Shown: positions 19,113-27,938 of the stretch, in pieces | Layout: every line of letters begins with the position of its first letter | How positions within the stretch are numbered: position 1 is the stretch's first letter | NCBI GenBank assembly: GCA_034668465.1 | Contig: JAXDPI010000041.1 | Coordinates: 381 to 64,380 of the forward strand | Reading direction: 5' to 3' | DNA: 64,000 nt | DNA from: Sphingomonadales bacterium | Lineage (GTDB): Bacteria; Pseudomonadota; Alphaproteobacteria; Sphingomonadales; Sphingomonadaceae | Made by a program: the position numbers and the translations under genes | The notes under the pieces: model-generated | What the model was told of the DNA's origin: nothing | Database searches by the model: none | The model's input: only the letters and a program-made list of their open reading frames with translations

Positions 19113-19356
19113 GCTCTCTTCCCCTCGGTTGCAATCGCATGAACCAGATGGTGGTCCCTGTGTCCAGCGCGGGAGAGCTTGGCCGGGGTGCCTCTACCGC
19201 TCAACGCCATCCGCGTGAACCCGGTGTCGGCGCGTCCGCTATCCACCCTTGCCGGACCGGCCGCTCGCGACCCATTGCGGGCATCTGGTCCCCATCTGGT
19301 CAGGTGCGATGCAATTGAACCTCCCGCTGTCGCCTCGGGACTCCCAGCCGACCCAG

Positions 19357-19381
19357 GGAACAATGGTTTTCTGCAAAAGTT
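19357..19381 (+). promoter_or_regulatory. EcfG (general stress sigma)-type promoter GGAAC-N17-GTT
   Basis: GGAACAATGGTTTTCTGCAAAAGTT, about 60 bp upstream of ATG 19443. Confidence 0.6.
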
Positions 19382-19442
19382 ACAACGACGTCCTCGCCTG
19401 GCGAGCGGACGGTGCCGAGGGATTCAAATGGAGGAGAATCCT

Positions 19443-19901
19443 ATGCGCAGCTACATCGCCCCCCTGTTCGCGGCCGTCGCCGCGGCCGCACTGACGGCCG
19501 GCTGCAACACCGTGCGCGGCGTCGGCGCCGACGTCGAATCGGTCGCCGACGCGTTCGACGCCAACCGCGCCTATGCGGCCTGCGGCACCTATGGACCGAT
19601 TGACAGGAACGCCGACGGCCGGATCAGCAACGCGGAATGGAACACCTATCGCGCCGGCGGCTATCGCAGCTGGGACGCCAATGGCGACGGCCGGATCAGC
19701 CGCCGCGAATATGCCAATTGCTGGTATGGCGGCGGCTTCTATTCGACTTACCAGCGGTCCGCCTACGAGCCGAGCTACACGGCGTTCGACGCCAATGGCG
19801 ACGGCTGGCTCAGCGCCGACGAATATTACAGCGCCGCGGCCTGGGCCCGCCTCGATCGCAACGGCGACGGCATCGTGGATTCCAGCGAATGGCCTTGGTG
19901 A
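19443..19901 (+). CDS. Entericidin-like lipoprotein fused to EF-hand repeats
   Basis: LTAGC-NTVRGVGADV start; DRNADGRIS, DANGDGRIS, DANGDGWLS and DRNGDGIVD loops; GGAGGAG RBS. Confidence 0.85.
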   Translation: MRSYIAPLFAAVAAAALTAGCNTVRGVGADVESVADAFDANRAYAACGTYGPIDRNADGRISNAEWNTYRAGGYRSWDANGDGRISRREYANCWYGGGFYSTYQRSAYEPSYTAFDANGDGWLSADEYYSAAAWARLDRNGDGIVDSSEWPW

Positions 19902-20034
19902 GACCGGCTTCCCCGCGCGGGGCAACTCGCGCGGAGGAGATCGGGTGCTCGCAAGGTTTGGCCGCACTCCCATGTCCGCTTTCCACCCTTAGCGGACATT
20001 CCCGGGCCGCGTGCTCGCAAGACGCATAAACGCC

Positions 20035-20065
20035 AAAAAAGAAGGCCGCCGGTCGCCCGGCGGCC
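20035..20065 (-). terminator. Rho-independent terminator of the 20094-20333 gene
   Basis: GGCCGCCGG/CCGGCGGCC stem with a T-run on the minus strand. Confidence 0.75.
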
Positions 20066-20093
20066 CTCTTCCCGTCGAACCGATCGGACCAAC

Positions 20094-20333
20094 TCAGTGA
20101 GTGTTGGTCGTGTTCGTGGTCGTGGTCGTCGTCGTGGTGTTGGTCGTGTTGCCGCCCGACATGTTGGAATCCATGGACATGTTGGTGTCCATGCTGGTGT
20201 CCATGTTGGCGTCGTAGGTGGTGTCGCTGGCGGTGTTGTTGGCGGTGGTGTTGTTGGCCGCCTTGTTGCCGCCGCACGCCGCGACCGCAAGGGCCGCGCC
20301 GGCAACCATCGAAAGAGTAAGGATCTTACGCAT
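20094..20333 (-). CDS. Small Asn/Thr-rich lipoprotein, paralog of 17974-18240
   Basis: Lipobox VAAC; shares GNKAANN and DANM motifs with the paralog. Confidence 0.8.
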   Translation of the reverse strand: MRKILTLSMVAGAALAVAACGGNKAANNTTANNTASDTTYDANMDTSMDTNMSMDSNMSGGNTTNTTTTTTTTNTTNTH

Positions 20334-20421
20334 GAAAAGGTCTCCCTAGAGTATCGATTTGGTCCGGGTAGGCCCCTTTTTGCCCAAATCGCGTCCACGT
20401 TATACGGAAAGGGCAAGGCCC

Positions 20422-21138
20422 TCAAGCCTCCCCCGTTCCACGCCCGCCCATTCCCCCCTCGAGAGAGAATAGAAAATCGTCGAACCCCCGCCTGAGTGCC
20501 AGATCGAAACGGGGCTGGACGTCCGCCAAACCCATTTCGCCGAGGCTGGTCACCGGAAAGTCGGCAATACCGCACGGCACGATGCCTGAGAAGTGAGAAA
20601 GTTTCGGGTCCAGATTGATCGCGAAGCCGTGCATCGTCACCCAGCGGCGGATGCGCAGGCCGAGCGCGCCGACCTTGGCTTCGCCGCGCGGCCCGTCGGC
20701 CCAGATGCCGATTCGTCCCGGCGCCCGGCGCGCGGCGACGCCGAGCTCGCCGAGCGTGGCGATCAGCCAGCCTTCGAGCGCATGGACGAATCGGCGCACG
20801 TCGCGGCCGCGCCGGTCGAGGTCGAGCAGGACATAGCCGACCCGCTGCCCCGGCCCGTGATAGGTGTAGCGGCCGCCGCGGCCGGCCGCGTAGACCGGAA
20901 AGCCCTCGGGGTTGAACAATTCCGCCGGGTCGGCGCTGGTGCCGGCGGTGTAGAGCGGCGGGTGTTCGAGCAGCCAGATCAGCTCATCGGCCTCGCCGGC
21001 GCGAATCGCCGCCGCCCGCGCCGCCATCCCGGCCAGCGCCTCGGGATAGGGCGTCAGCCCGTCCGACACCCGCCATTCGATCGCGTGGGGGAGGGAAGGG
21101 GACCCGGAATCGGCCCGCCTATGCGTTGCGCCGGTCAT
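20422..21138 (-). CDS. lipB: Lipoyl(octanoyl) transferase
   Basis: [39 protein letters not shown]; exact start uncertain. Confidence 0.95.
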   Translation of the reverse strand: MTGATHRRADSGSPSLPHAIEWRVSDGLTPYPEALAGMAARAAAIRAGEADELIWLLEHPPLYTAGTSADPAELFNPEGFPVYAAGRGGRYTYHGPGQRVGYVLLDLDRRGRDVRRFVHALEGWLIATLGELGVAARRAPGRIGIWADGPRGEAKVGALGLRIRRWVTMHGFAINLDPKLSHFSGIVPCGIADFPVTSLGEMGLADVQPRFDLALRRGFDDFLFSLEGGMGGRGTGEA

Positions 21139-21179
21139 CGCCCTCGCGCATAACGTGGCCGAACAGGGAAGGAAATCCG

Positions 21180-21977
21180 ATGCCGCTTCTGTCGATCAGC
21201 AAGGCTTGGGAGGAAACCGCGGACTTTGCCAGGCGCGAGGCCAGGCTGCTCTTTCCGGTCGCGTTTCTGCTGATGTCGCTGCCGGGCTCGATTCTCCAGG
21301 CGATGGCGCCGGTCACGACGCCCGGCAAGGCGCCGGAGGCCGGCCTCTGGCTGCTGTTCGTGCCGGTGGCCGTGGTTAGCAGCCTGATCGGCGGGCTGGC
21401 GATCTCCTATCTCGCGCTGCGCCCCGGCGCCAGCGTCGGCGAAGCGCTCCAGATCGGGCTCAGGCGCGTCCTCGTCCTGCTCGGCGCCGCTTTGCTGGTC
21501 GGCATCGCCGCCGCCCTGCTGATGATTCCGCTGATCCTGATCATCGCCCTGCTCGCCGCGCCGGGCGTGGTCCCGCCGGCGCTGGCGGTGATTCCGATCT
21601 TGCTGATGATCCCGGTCCTGCTGCTCTTCTGGGTGCGGCTGATCCTGATCACGCCGGCGGCGGCGGCCGAATCGATCGGCCCGGTGGCGCTGATCCGGCG
21701 CAGCTGGCAATTGACCCGCGGTCATTACTGGCGGCTGCTCGGCTTCCTGCTGCTGGTGATCCTCGTCTCGCTGGTGGTGCTGATGGCGGTCGGCGCGATC
21801 GGCGGCATCCTGGTCTATCTCGTCGCGGGCCAGCCGCAGCCCGGCAGCATCGCGATGTTCCTGGTGCTGCTGATCTCGGCGCTGGTCCAGGCGGTGGTGA
21901 GCGGCCTGTTCACCGCCTGCATCGCGCGCATCTACGCCCAGCTTGCCGGCACCGGCGATCGGGACGTGTTCGCCTAG
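21180..21977 (+). CDS. Multi-pass membrane protein of unknown function
   Basis: About six hydrophobic segments; GGAAGGA RBS. Confidence 0.75.
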   Translation: MPLLSISKAWEETADFARREARLLFPVAFLLMSLPGSILQAMAPVTTPGKAPEAGLWLLFVPVAVVSSLIGGLAISYLALRPGASVGEALQIGLRRVLVLLGAALLVGIAAALLMIPLILIIALLAAPGVVPPALAVIPILLMIPVLLLFWVRLILITPAAAAESIGPVALIRRSWQLTRGHYWRLLGFLLLVILVSLVVLMAVGAIGGILVYLVAGQPQPGSIAMFLVLLISALVQAVVSGLFTACIARIYAQLAGTGDRDVFA

Positions 21978-22552
21978 CCGATCAACGGCAGCTGCGGGGC
22001 GGTGTCGCGCGGCAGCAGGCCGGTGAGGCGCGGGTCGGGGAAGCTCTCGAACGCGCGGGCGTAGGCGGTGAAGCCCGCGCGCAGATAAGCGGGCAGGGCG
22101 GCCGGATGATCGAGCGAACAGGTGTGCACCCTGACCTCCTCGACCCCGTCGGCCCAGGCGCGCCGCAGCGTCTCGGCGAACAGCCAGCGGCCGTGGCCCA
22201 GGCCGGCGAGCTCGGGGACGAGGCCGAGGAAGCGGATCTGGCACAGGCCCGGCGCCGTGAAATCGAGCTCGAGCATGCCGGCGGACTCGCCGTCTTCATT
22301 GCGTATCTCATGGACCTCGCCGACCTTGGCGAGCAGCACGGCGTCGGTCATCGCCAGCCGCGAGAACCACAGCCAGCGCGCGCCGACCCGTGCGAACAAG
22401 GCGCGGTAGCGGGCGGGGTCGACCGCGTCCCACTTCTCCAGCCTGAGCGGCGAGGCCGGGACGTCCGCGCTCGCCGGCCGCGCGGTCATGGCGAGGAAGG
22501 TCACCACCGCGCCGACATGGCCGGGCGGCACGCCGATCAGTGCGTCGCTCAT
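21974..22552 (-). CDS. GNAT-family acetyltransferase
   Basis: FLGLVPELAGLGHGRWL and VHTCSLDHPAALPAYLRAGF; ATGA overlap with hemF. Confidence 0.88.
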   Translation of the reverse strand: MSDALIGVPPGHVGAVVTFLAMTARPASADVPASPLRLEKWDAVDPARYRALFARVGARWLWFSRLAMTDAVLLAKVGEVHEIRNEDGESAGMLELDFTAPGLCQIRFLGLVPELAGLGHGRWLFAETLRRAWADGVEEVRVHTCSLDHPAALPAYLRAGFTAYARAFESFPDPRLTGLLPRDTAPQLPLIG

Positions 22553-23391
22553 GCCCAGGTCGCCACCGGCGGCAAGCTCATCAGGATCGCGTCGACATTG
22601 CCGCCGGTCTTGAGGCCGAACAGGGTGCCGCGGTCGTAGATCAGGTTGAACTCGGCATAGCGGCCGCGCCAGGCGAGCTGGGTGGCGCGGTCCTCCGCGG
22701 TGAACGGCGCCGCCATTCGCCGCCGCACGATCTTCGGATAGACGTCGAGCAACGCCTCGCCGACGTCGCGGGTGAAGGCGAAATTCTGCTCGAAGAAACC
22801 CTCGAGATGATCGTAGAAAATGCCGCCGACGCCGCGGTGGACGCCGCGGTGCGGGATGAAGAAATAATCCTCCGCCCATTTCGAGAAGCGCGGATAATAA
22901 GTCGGGTCGTGGGCGGCGCAGGCGGCGCGCAAAGCGGCGTGGAACTCGGCTGTGTCCTCTTCACAGGCGATCGGCGGATTGAGGTCCGCGCCGCCGCCGA
23001 ACCAGCGCCGGGTGGTGACGAGGAAGCGGGTGTTCATGTGGACCGCCGGCACGTGCGGGTTGGCCATGTGGGCGACCAGGCTGATCCCGGTGGCGAAGAA
23101 ATGCGGGTCCTCCTCGGCGCCGAGGATGGTGGCGGCGAACTCGTCGGAAAAGCGCCCGCCGACGGTCGAGACGTTGACCCCGACCTTCTCGAACACCTTG
23201 CCGGTCATCAGCGCGCGCGTGCCGCCGCCGCCGGGGGCTCCATCCGGGTCCGCGCGCTCCCAGGGCGTGTAGGCGAAGGCCGCCTCGCTGCCCGCCTCGC
23301 GCTCGATCGCCTCGAATTCGGCGCAGATCCGGTCGCGCAGCGATTCGAACCAGTCGCGCGCCGCCTGCTGCTGATCGTCCAACTCTTTCAT
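22549..23391 (-). CDS. hemF: Oxygen-dependent coproporphyrinogen III oxidase
   Basis: FEKVGVNVSTV, NPHVPAVHMNTR, WFGGGADL, RGRYAEFNLIYDRGTLFGL. Confidence 0.96.
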   Translation of the reverse strand: MKELDDQQQAARDWFESLRDRICAEFEAIEREAGSEAAFAYTPWERADPDGAPGGGGTRALMTGKVFEKVGVNVSTVGGRFSDEFAATILGAEEDPHFFATGISLVAHMANPHVPAVHMNTRFLVTTRRWFGGGADLNPPIACEEDTAEFHAALRAACAAHDPTYYPRFSKWAEDYFFIPHRGVHRGVGGIFYDHLEGFFEQNFAFTRDVGEALLDVYPKIVRRRMAAPFTAEDRATQLAWRGRYAEFNLIYDRGTLFGLKTGGNVDAILMSLPPVATWA

Positions 23392-23440
23392 CCACGACCG
23401 CCTATCAAATCCCCTCCCGCCGGGGGAGGGGCTTGGCTTC

Positions 23441-23665
23441 TCAATGCTCGCCGCAATCGCGGTCGAGCTGCTGCTGAATCCAGCCGGCGACGTCATAGCC
23501 GAAAATCCTGAGGCCCTTGATGTTGGCGTTCTGGATGCTGACGCCCGAGAGATTGACGTTTTCGAACCGCGCGCCGGAGAGATTGACGTTGTCGAAAAGG
23601 GCGCCCGCAAGCGAAACGTCGTGAAATTCGGCGCCGTCCATTCTGCGCCGTTCGAATCGGTCCAT
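23441..23665 (-). CDS. Small pentapeptide-repeat protein
   Basis: SLAGA-LFDNV-NLSGA-RFENV-NLSGV repeats; AGGAGG RBS. Confidence 0.8.
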   Translation of the reverse strand: MDRFERRRMDGAEFHDVSLAGALFDNVNLSGARFENVNLSGVSIQNANIKGLRIFGYDVAGWIQQQLDRDCGEH

Positions 23666-23731
23666 CTTCGCCTCCTTCAGCCGGCGCGAACGGCTTTCCT
23701 ACAGCGTTCCTTTCCTATTCTACATTCGCGC

Positions 23732-24291
23732 ATGACCGGGAAGGATGATTCGTGCCCGGGCCAGCGCGGCATCGACGCGGCGGCCAAGGCGGAATTCGTC
23801 GCGGCGCTGCGGCGCGGCGCGCGGCGCGAGGATGCGGCGGCCGAGGCCGGCTTCAGCCTGATGGGCTTTTACGGCGCGCGCCGCCGTGATTGCGTGTTCA
23901 AGGCCGCCTGGGCACCGCCCCCGCCTTCGCCGAGGCCTATCGCGAAGCGCTCGCCGAAGGCTATGCCGCGCTCGAGGCCGAGGCGCTGCGCCAGCGGCTC
24001 GCCGCGCAAAACAGGCTCCGCGGGGCGGTTGAGGCGGGTGCTGAACTCGGTCCGAAGCGCAGGGCAGGGGCCTGTCCCGCGTGCGGCCGCAACGCCGGCG
24101 CGGATGCCGAGTTCGACCGCACCATGAAGCTCCTCGCCCGCTGGGACCGCAAGCCCCGCCGCGCCGAGCGCGGCTTCAAGCCCGGCGGGCGGCGGCAGGC
24201 CTGGACCTTCGACATGGCGATGATTCTGCTCCGCGACAGGCTAAAGGCGCTCGGCCTCTTGCCACCGCCGCCGGAGGTGCCTGACCGCTAG
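23732..24291 (+). pseudogene. Frameshifted HTH protein of the terminase-small-subunit-like type
   Basis: Frame 1 reads EFVAALRRGARREDAAAEAGFS..GFYGARRRD..F.AAW; a second frame continues PAFAEAYREALAEGYAALEAEAL; the switch is near 23910-23925. Confidence 0.6.
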
Positions 24292-24300
24292 GCCCCCTTT

Positions 24301-24422
24301 CTCGTCATGCCGGACTTGATCCGGCATCCACCTTTTTCTGTCGACGACAGCCGCTGGAAGAAGGCAGACTCCGGATCAAGTCCGGAGTGACGATTTGCGA
24401 AAATAGTGACAGTCACTATTTT
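24301..24422. repeat. Composite repeat: GTCATGCCGGACTTGATCCGGCATCCA...CCGGATCAAGTCCGGAGTGAC hairpin plus palindrome AAAATAGTGACAGTCACTATTTT
   Basis: Direct reading; palindrome at 24400-24422. Confidence 0.9.
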
Positions 24423-24436
24423 TTGCGCGCGCTGCT

Positions 24437-25264
24437 TCAGGCCGGCTGCACGGCCTCCGAAACCGGGACCGCGGGGCGCTTGCCCGCCCGCCATCCGGCC
24501 CAGCTGGTCAGCGCGCCGATGGCGAAGCCGGACAGCACGACGGCCGCGCTGGGCGCCTGGCCGATCGCGGCAAGCAGCGATTTGAGCGGCGCCGAGTCCG
24601 CCATCAGCCCCATCGTCAGCATCTGCGCGGCGATGAAGCCGGCCGCGACGAGGAATGGGTTCGCCTTCTCCCGGTACCTGAGCCAGATCGCCGCGATCAC
24701 CGCCAGCTCGATCGCCATCGCCCACAGGATCGACGGCATGATCAGGCCGAAATCGTCGGGCCCGCCGATGACGAGGCCCGGCATGAACCCATTGAGCAGC
24801 CGGCTGAACGGCGATTCGAACAGGATCAGCGGCGTCGTCAGCATGTAGCCCGCGTGAACCCACACCTTCCGCCTGTATTTGAGCGCCCGGTAATAGACGG
24901 TGACATAAGCGGCGATGGCGAGCGCCAGGCCGATCAGGAACGAACCGCCGAACATGATCCGCACCGGGCCGTCGCCCGCGACGAAACCCTTGGCGGTCAC
25001 GTCGATGATCGCGGCGAGCCCGCCGATCAGGAACGGGAAGAGCAGCAGGCTGGCCTTGCCGACCGCGCGGTGCAGCGGCAGCTGCCGGTGCTGCGCGGTC
25101 CAGCTCTGCGCCGCGACCATCGTCACCCACAGGCCGGCGGCGACGCCATGGGCGTGAAACTGCCAGGGCGCGCTGCCCCAAACCGAAAAATAGCTCGGCC
25201 AGAACCCGGCGACGATCACGGCGATCACGACCAGCACGTAAACATGCGCATGGCGATACGGCAT
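24437..25264 (-). CDS. Multi-pass membrane protein with conserved His residues
   Basis: About seven TM segments; QFHAHG, LHRAVGK, WVHAGYML. Confidence 0.8.
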   Translation of the reverse strand: MPYRHAHVYVLVVIAVIVAGFWPSYFSVWGSAPWQFHAHGVAAGLWVTMVAAQSWTAQHRQLPLHRAVGKASLLLFPFLIGGLAAIIDVTAKGFVAGDGPVRIMFGGSFLIGLALAIAAYVTVYYRALKYRRKVWVHAGYMLTTPLILFESPFSRLLNGFMPGLVIGGPDDFGLIMPSILWAMAIELAVIAAIWLRYREKANPFLVAAGFIAAQMLTMGLMADSAPLKSLLAAIGQAPSAAVVLSGFAIGALTSWAGWRAGKRPAVPVSEAVQPA

Positions 25265-25349
25265 GGGGTCCCCCTCCCGTTGCGGCGGGGGCTTAGCACG
25301 GAACGGGCGAGGATGCGCGGGCGGAGTTCGCGGGGAGACAGCTCCCCTT

Positions 25350-25414
25350 CTCGTCATGCCGGACTTGATCCGGCATCCACCTGGGGGTCAGAAAATAGTG
25401 ACAGTCACTATTTT
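25350..25414. repeat. Second, internally shortened copy of the composite repeat
   Basis: 33 bp identical to 24301-24333, followed by AAAATAGTGACAGTCACTATTTT at 25392-25414. Confidence 0.9.
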
Positions 25415-25459
25415 CCGCTGGGCCACGTGGTCGATGCAGGCGCCGCCGGCGATGGATCC

Positions 25460-25909
25460 TCACTCCACCCACAACCCCGTCTGCCGCAGCGCCTCCGCCA
25501 GCCCGATCCCCGCCGCCACCGCCAGGTTCAGCGACCGCGTCCCCTCGACCTGCGGGATGCGCACCCGCGAGTCCGCCCGCTTATGCACCTCTTCCGGCGC
25601 ACCGCGGCTTTCGGAGCCGAAGAGCAGGGTGTCGCCAAGTTCGAAGCGCGCCTCGGGGAGGGGGACGGCGCCGGCGGTGGTGAACAGGACCAGCCGCCCC
25701 GGCAGCCGCGCCTCGAACGCCGCCCAGTCGGCGTGCCGGGTCACGTTGGCGAGCTCCGCATAGTCCATGCCGGCGCGCTTCAGCGCCTTGTCGCCCCACG
25801 GAAAGCCGCAGGGCTCGATCAGGTCGAGCGGGACGCCGAGGCAGGCGGCGAGGCGCAGGATCGTGCCGACATTCCCCGCCTGGTCGGGCTGATGGAGCGC
25901 GAGCCGCAT
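25460..25909 (-). CDS. trmL: tRNA (cytidine(34)-2'-O)-methyltransferase
   Basis: HQPDQAGNVGTILR, IEPCGFP, RAGMDY, FGSESRG, RSLNLAVA (SPOUT). Confidence 0.95.
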   Translation of the reverse strand: MRLALHQPDQAGNVGTILRLAACLGVPLDLIEPCGFPWGDKALKRAGMDYAELANVTRHADWAAFEARLPGRLVLFTTAGAVPLPEARFELGDTLLFGSESRGAPEEVHKRADSRVRIPQVEGTRSLNLAVAAGIGLAEALRQTGLWVE

Positions 25910-25919
25910 CGGACAGTGA

Positions 25920-26792
25920 TCAGGGCGCGGCACGCGAGACAAGGCGCCGCTCCACCGTGTCCGTGAATGTCTGGGTCTCGCGCCCGCCATCCGGCCCTTC
26001 GATCGCCAGCTCGGTGACCTTCCTCCGCCGCCGCACGCGCCCCGCCGCATCCGTTTCGAAATTGATCCTGATCGTTCCGGAAATCCGCTCGGCCGAGTGC
26101 GCCTGAAGCGCCGCGTCGAGCGACAGGCTCTCCCTCCTGCCGATTTCCGCGACGACGACATCATTTTGGGCACGTTCCCGGCGTACCGCCTCGGGGTCGA
26201 CCTCCAGCTCGACGACGAAAGCCGCGCCATCCGAACCGCGCGTCTCCCGTCTCAGGACCCCCGGTCCGCGCGCGCCGGCCTCCCGATACGGCGCTCCCTC
26301 ACGAAGATCGAGCGACTCAAGATCGAGTCGCGCGAGCCCCGGGATCACCGATTGCGGATCGCATTCGATGCGGAACGCGTTCCAGGTGAAAATCCACCGG
26401 CCGCATATTGCGCGGGGCCACCCCGCGGCCGCCAGCCAGCGCTCGACGCGCGCTTCAAGCTCGGCGCCGTTGAGCAGCTGGAGCGGCCCCTGCGACGGCC
26501 GCAGAACGCGCACGGGAAATTGCCAGGTCCGGGCCCGATCCTCGGCCGTCGCGTCGTCGGGAAGGTCGAATTCCAGCTCCTCTCCGGCGTCGCGCACCGC
26601 GATCACGCGCTCCATCAGCACGTCGACATCGCGTGAGCTCCCCGAAGAGCCTTCGCCGGAGCTCCGCGACCACAGGCGCTCGCTCCGAATTTCGTATCGG
26701 TCGCCGGCACGCGATCCGCCCTGCGGCTCCTGGGCGTGCGCGGCGAGGGCCTGCAACAGCAGCGTCGTCCCCACCGTCAGCGCTCGCAGCAT
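25920..26792 (-). CDS. Secreted hypothetical protein
   Basis: GAAAGG RBS; signal peptide ending AAHA-Q; CGRWIFTWNAFRIECDP motif. Confidence 0.75.
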   Translation of the reverse strand: MLRALTVGTTLLLQALAAHAQEPQGGSRAGDRYEIRSERLWSRSSGEGSSGSSRDVDVLMERVIAVRDAGEELEFDLPDDATAEDRARTWQFPVRVLRPSQGPLQLLNGAELEARVERWLAAAGWPRAICGRWIFTWNAFRIECDPQSVIPGLARLDLESLDLREGAPYREAGARGPGVLRRETRGSDGAAFVVELEVDPEAVRRERAQNDVVVAEIGRRESLSLDAALQAHSAERISGTIRINFETDAAGRVRRRRKVTELAIEGPDGGRETQTFTDTVERRLVSRAAP

Positions 26793-26904
26793 CAGCCTAC
26801 CTTTCATCACCAAGGAAAACGCACGGTGTATTCGATCAGAATGCGCCCGGGCGCGCAAATGCATCCGAACCGCGGCGGAGGCGTTTCGCCCGGAGACTGT
26901 AAAT

Positions 26905-26945
26905 GGGCACACGTATTTTTTTGGCCAAAAAGTACGTGTGCCCAT
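26905..26945. repeat. REP-like inverted repeat ATGGGCACACGTA...TACGTGTGCCCAT
   Basis: 13-bp arms around a T/A-rich spacer. Confidence 0.75.
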
Positions 26946-27085
26946 AATCTAAACAAAAACTCCAGCGACCCCTTCACCAGTCGATCGTCGGCTACTGGCC
27001 GTTAGCGGACGGGCCGCTTCCGGCGGCTTTCCATCCAAAGCTGTCATAGGAATGTGGCGCTCGGCATGCCGAGCGCCACCTACAT

Positions 27086-27199
27086 CTAGATTTCCGTGCC
27101 CTCGGCGAGCGCCAAGGCATCTTCGATATCTACGCCGAGATATCGGACGGTGCTCTCAATCTTCGTGTGGCCAAGCAGGATCTGCACGGCTCTTAGATT
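27086..27199 (-). pseudogene. C-terminal remnant of a tyrosine recombinase/integrase
   Basis: Manual translation NLRAVQILLGHTKIESTVRYLGVDIEDALALAEGTEI* contains the box II LLGH and the catalytic Tyr (T.RY); no upstream part is recognisable; not in the ORF track. Confidence 0.88.
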
Positions 27200-27452
27200 G
27201 CGGGCCGGCCCGCCAGCCAGACGCTTGCTTCACCTACACTGGTTCTTTCCTATTCCATAAAAAAATCCAAGATAGATTCAGTAAATATACGCACTAGTTA
27301 ATATTCTATTACGTTTTATATAAGTATCTTCCCGCAATCTAGCGTAAAAATGCGGTCTATGACTACAGATCATATGGGGATATCTCGAATCCCGATCTAA
27401 GGCCGACTTGGATCCTGCTTGTTATAATTAGTTAGAGAGGGACAGAATTACA

Positions 27453-27938
27453 ATGAAAAGCACCAAAATGATCCTAGGCGCAGCAATTGTCTGCATGATG
27501 TCCGCCACCGCCGCCTCCGCGCAGACCAGCACGGCGAACATGGCCGTGAGCGCAGACGTATCGACGGTATGCAGTTTCGACACCACGCCGCTCGCCTTCG
27601 GTGAAATGGCACTCACCGGCGCCACGCCCGGCACGGCGACCCTGAGCATCACCTGCACGGGCGGCGGCGCTTATACGGTGGGCCTGGGCAACGGCCTGCA
27701 CAACGTCGCCGCCCAGCGCAACCTGGTCAGCGGCGTGAATATCCTCGCCTATGACCTCTTCCAGGATTCTGCGCGCGGTACCCGCTGGGGCGACGCCGGC
27801 GCGGGACTGGTCTCCGGCACCGGCACCGCCGCTGAACAGACGCTGACGGTCTATGGGTCGATCACCACGGGCCAGGCTTTGGTGGCGGACGGCGGCACTC
27901 CCTATACCGACACGATCCTCGTCACGCTCACCTACTGA
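27453..27938 (+). CDS. Spore-coat-U domain (Csu-type) fimbrial major subunit
   Basis: Signal peptide, C..LAFG, ITCT, LAYDLFQDSAR...WGD, YTDTILVTLTY. Confidence 0.92.
   Translation: MKSTKMILGAAIVCMMSATAASAQTSTANMAVSADVSTVCSFDTTPLAFGEMALTGATPGTATLSITCTGGGAYTVGLGNGLHNVAAQRNLVSGVNILAYDLFQDSARGTRWGDAGAGLVSGTGTAAEQTLTVYGSITTGQALVADGGTPYTDTILVTLTY

Noticed and set aside
19113-19170. Possible EcfG-like promoter (GGGAC-N17-GATT) for the histidine kinase
   Set aside because: Mismatches in both elements; indistinguishable from chance.
20094-20333. Tandem GTGTTGGTCGTG-like DNA repeats
   Set aside because: They reflect Thr/Asn-rich low-complexity coding, not a separate repeat element.
22549-23610. Apparent long N-terminal extension of HemF in the ORF track
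   Set aside because: The extension overlaps the pentapeptide gene in another frame and crosses a repeat; MKELDD at 23391 is the plausible start.
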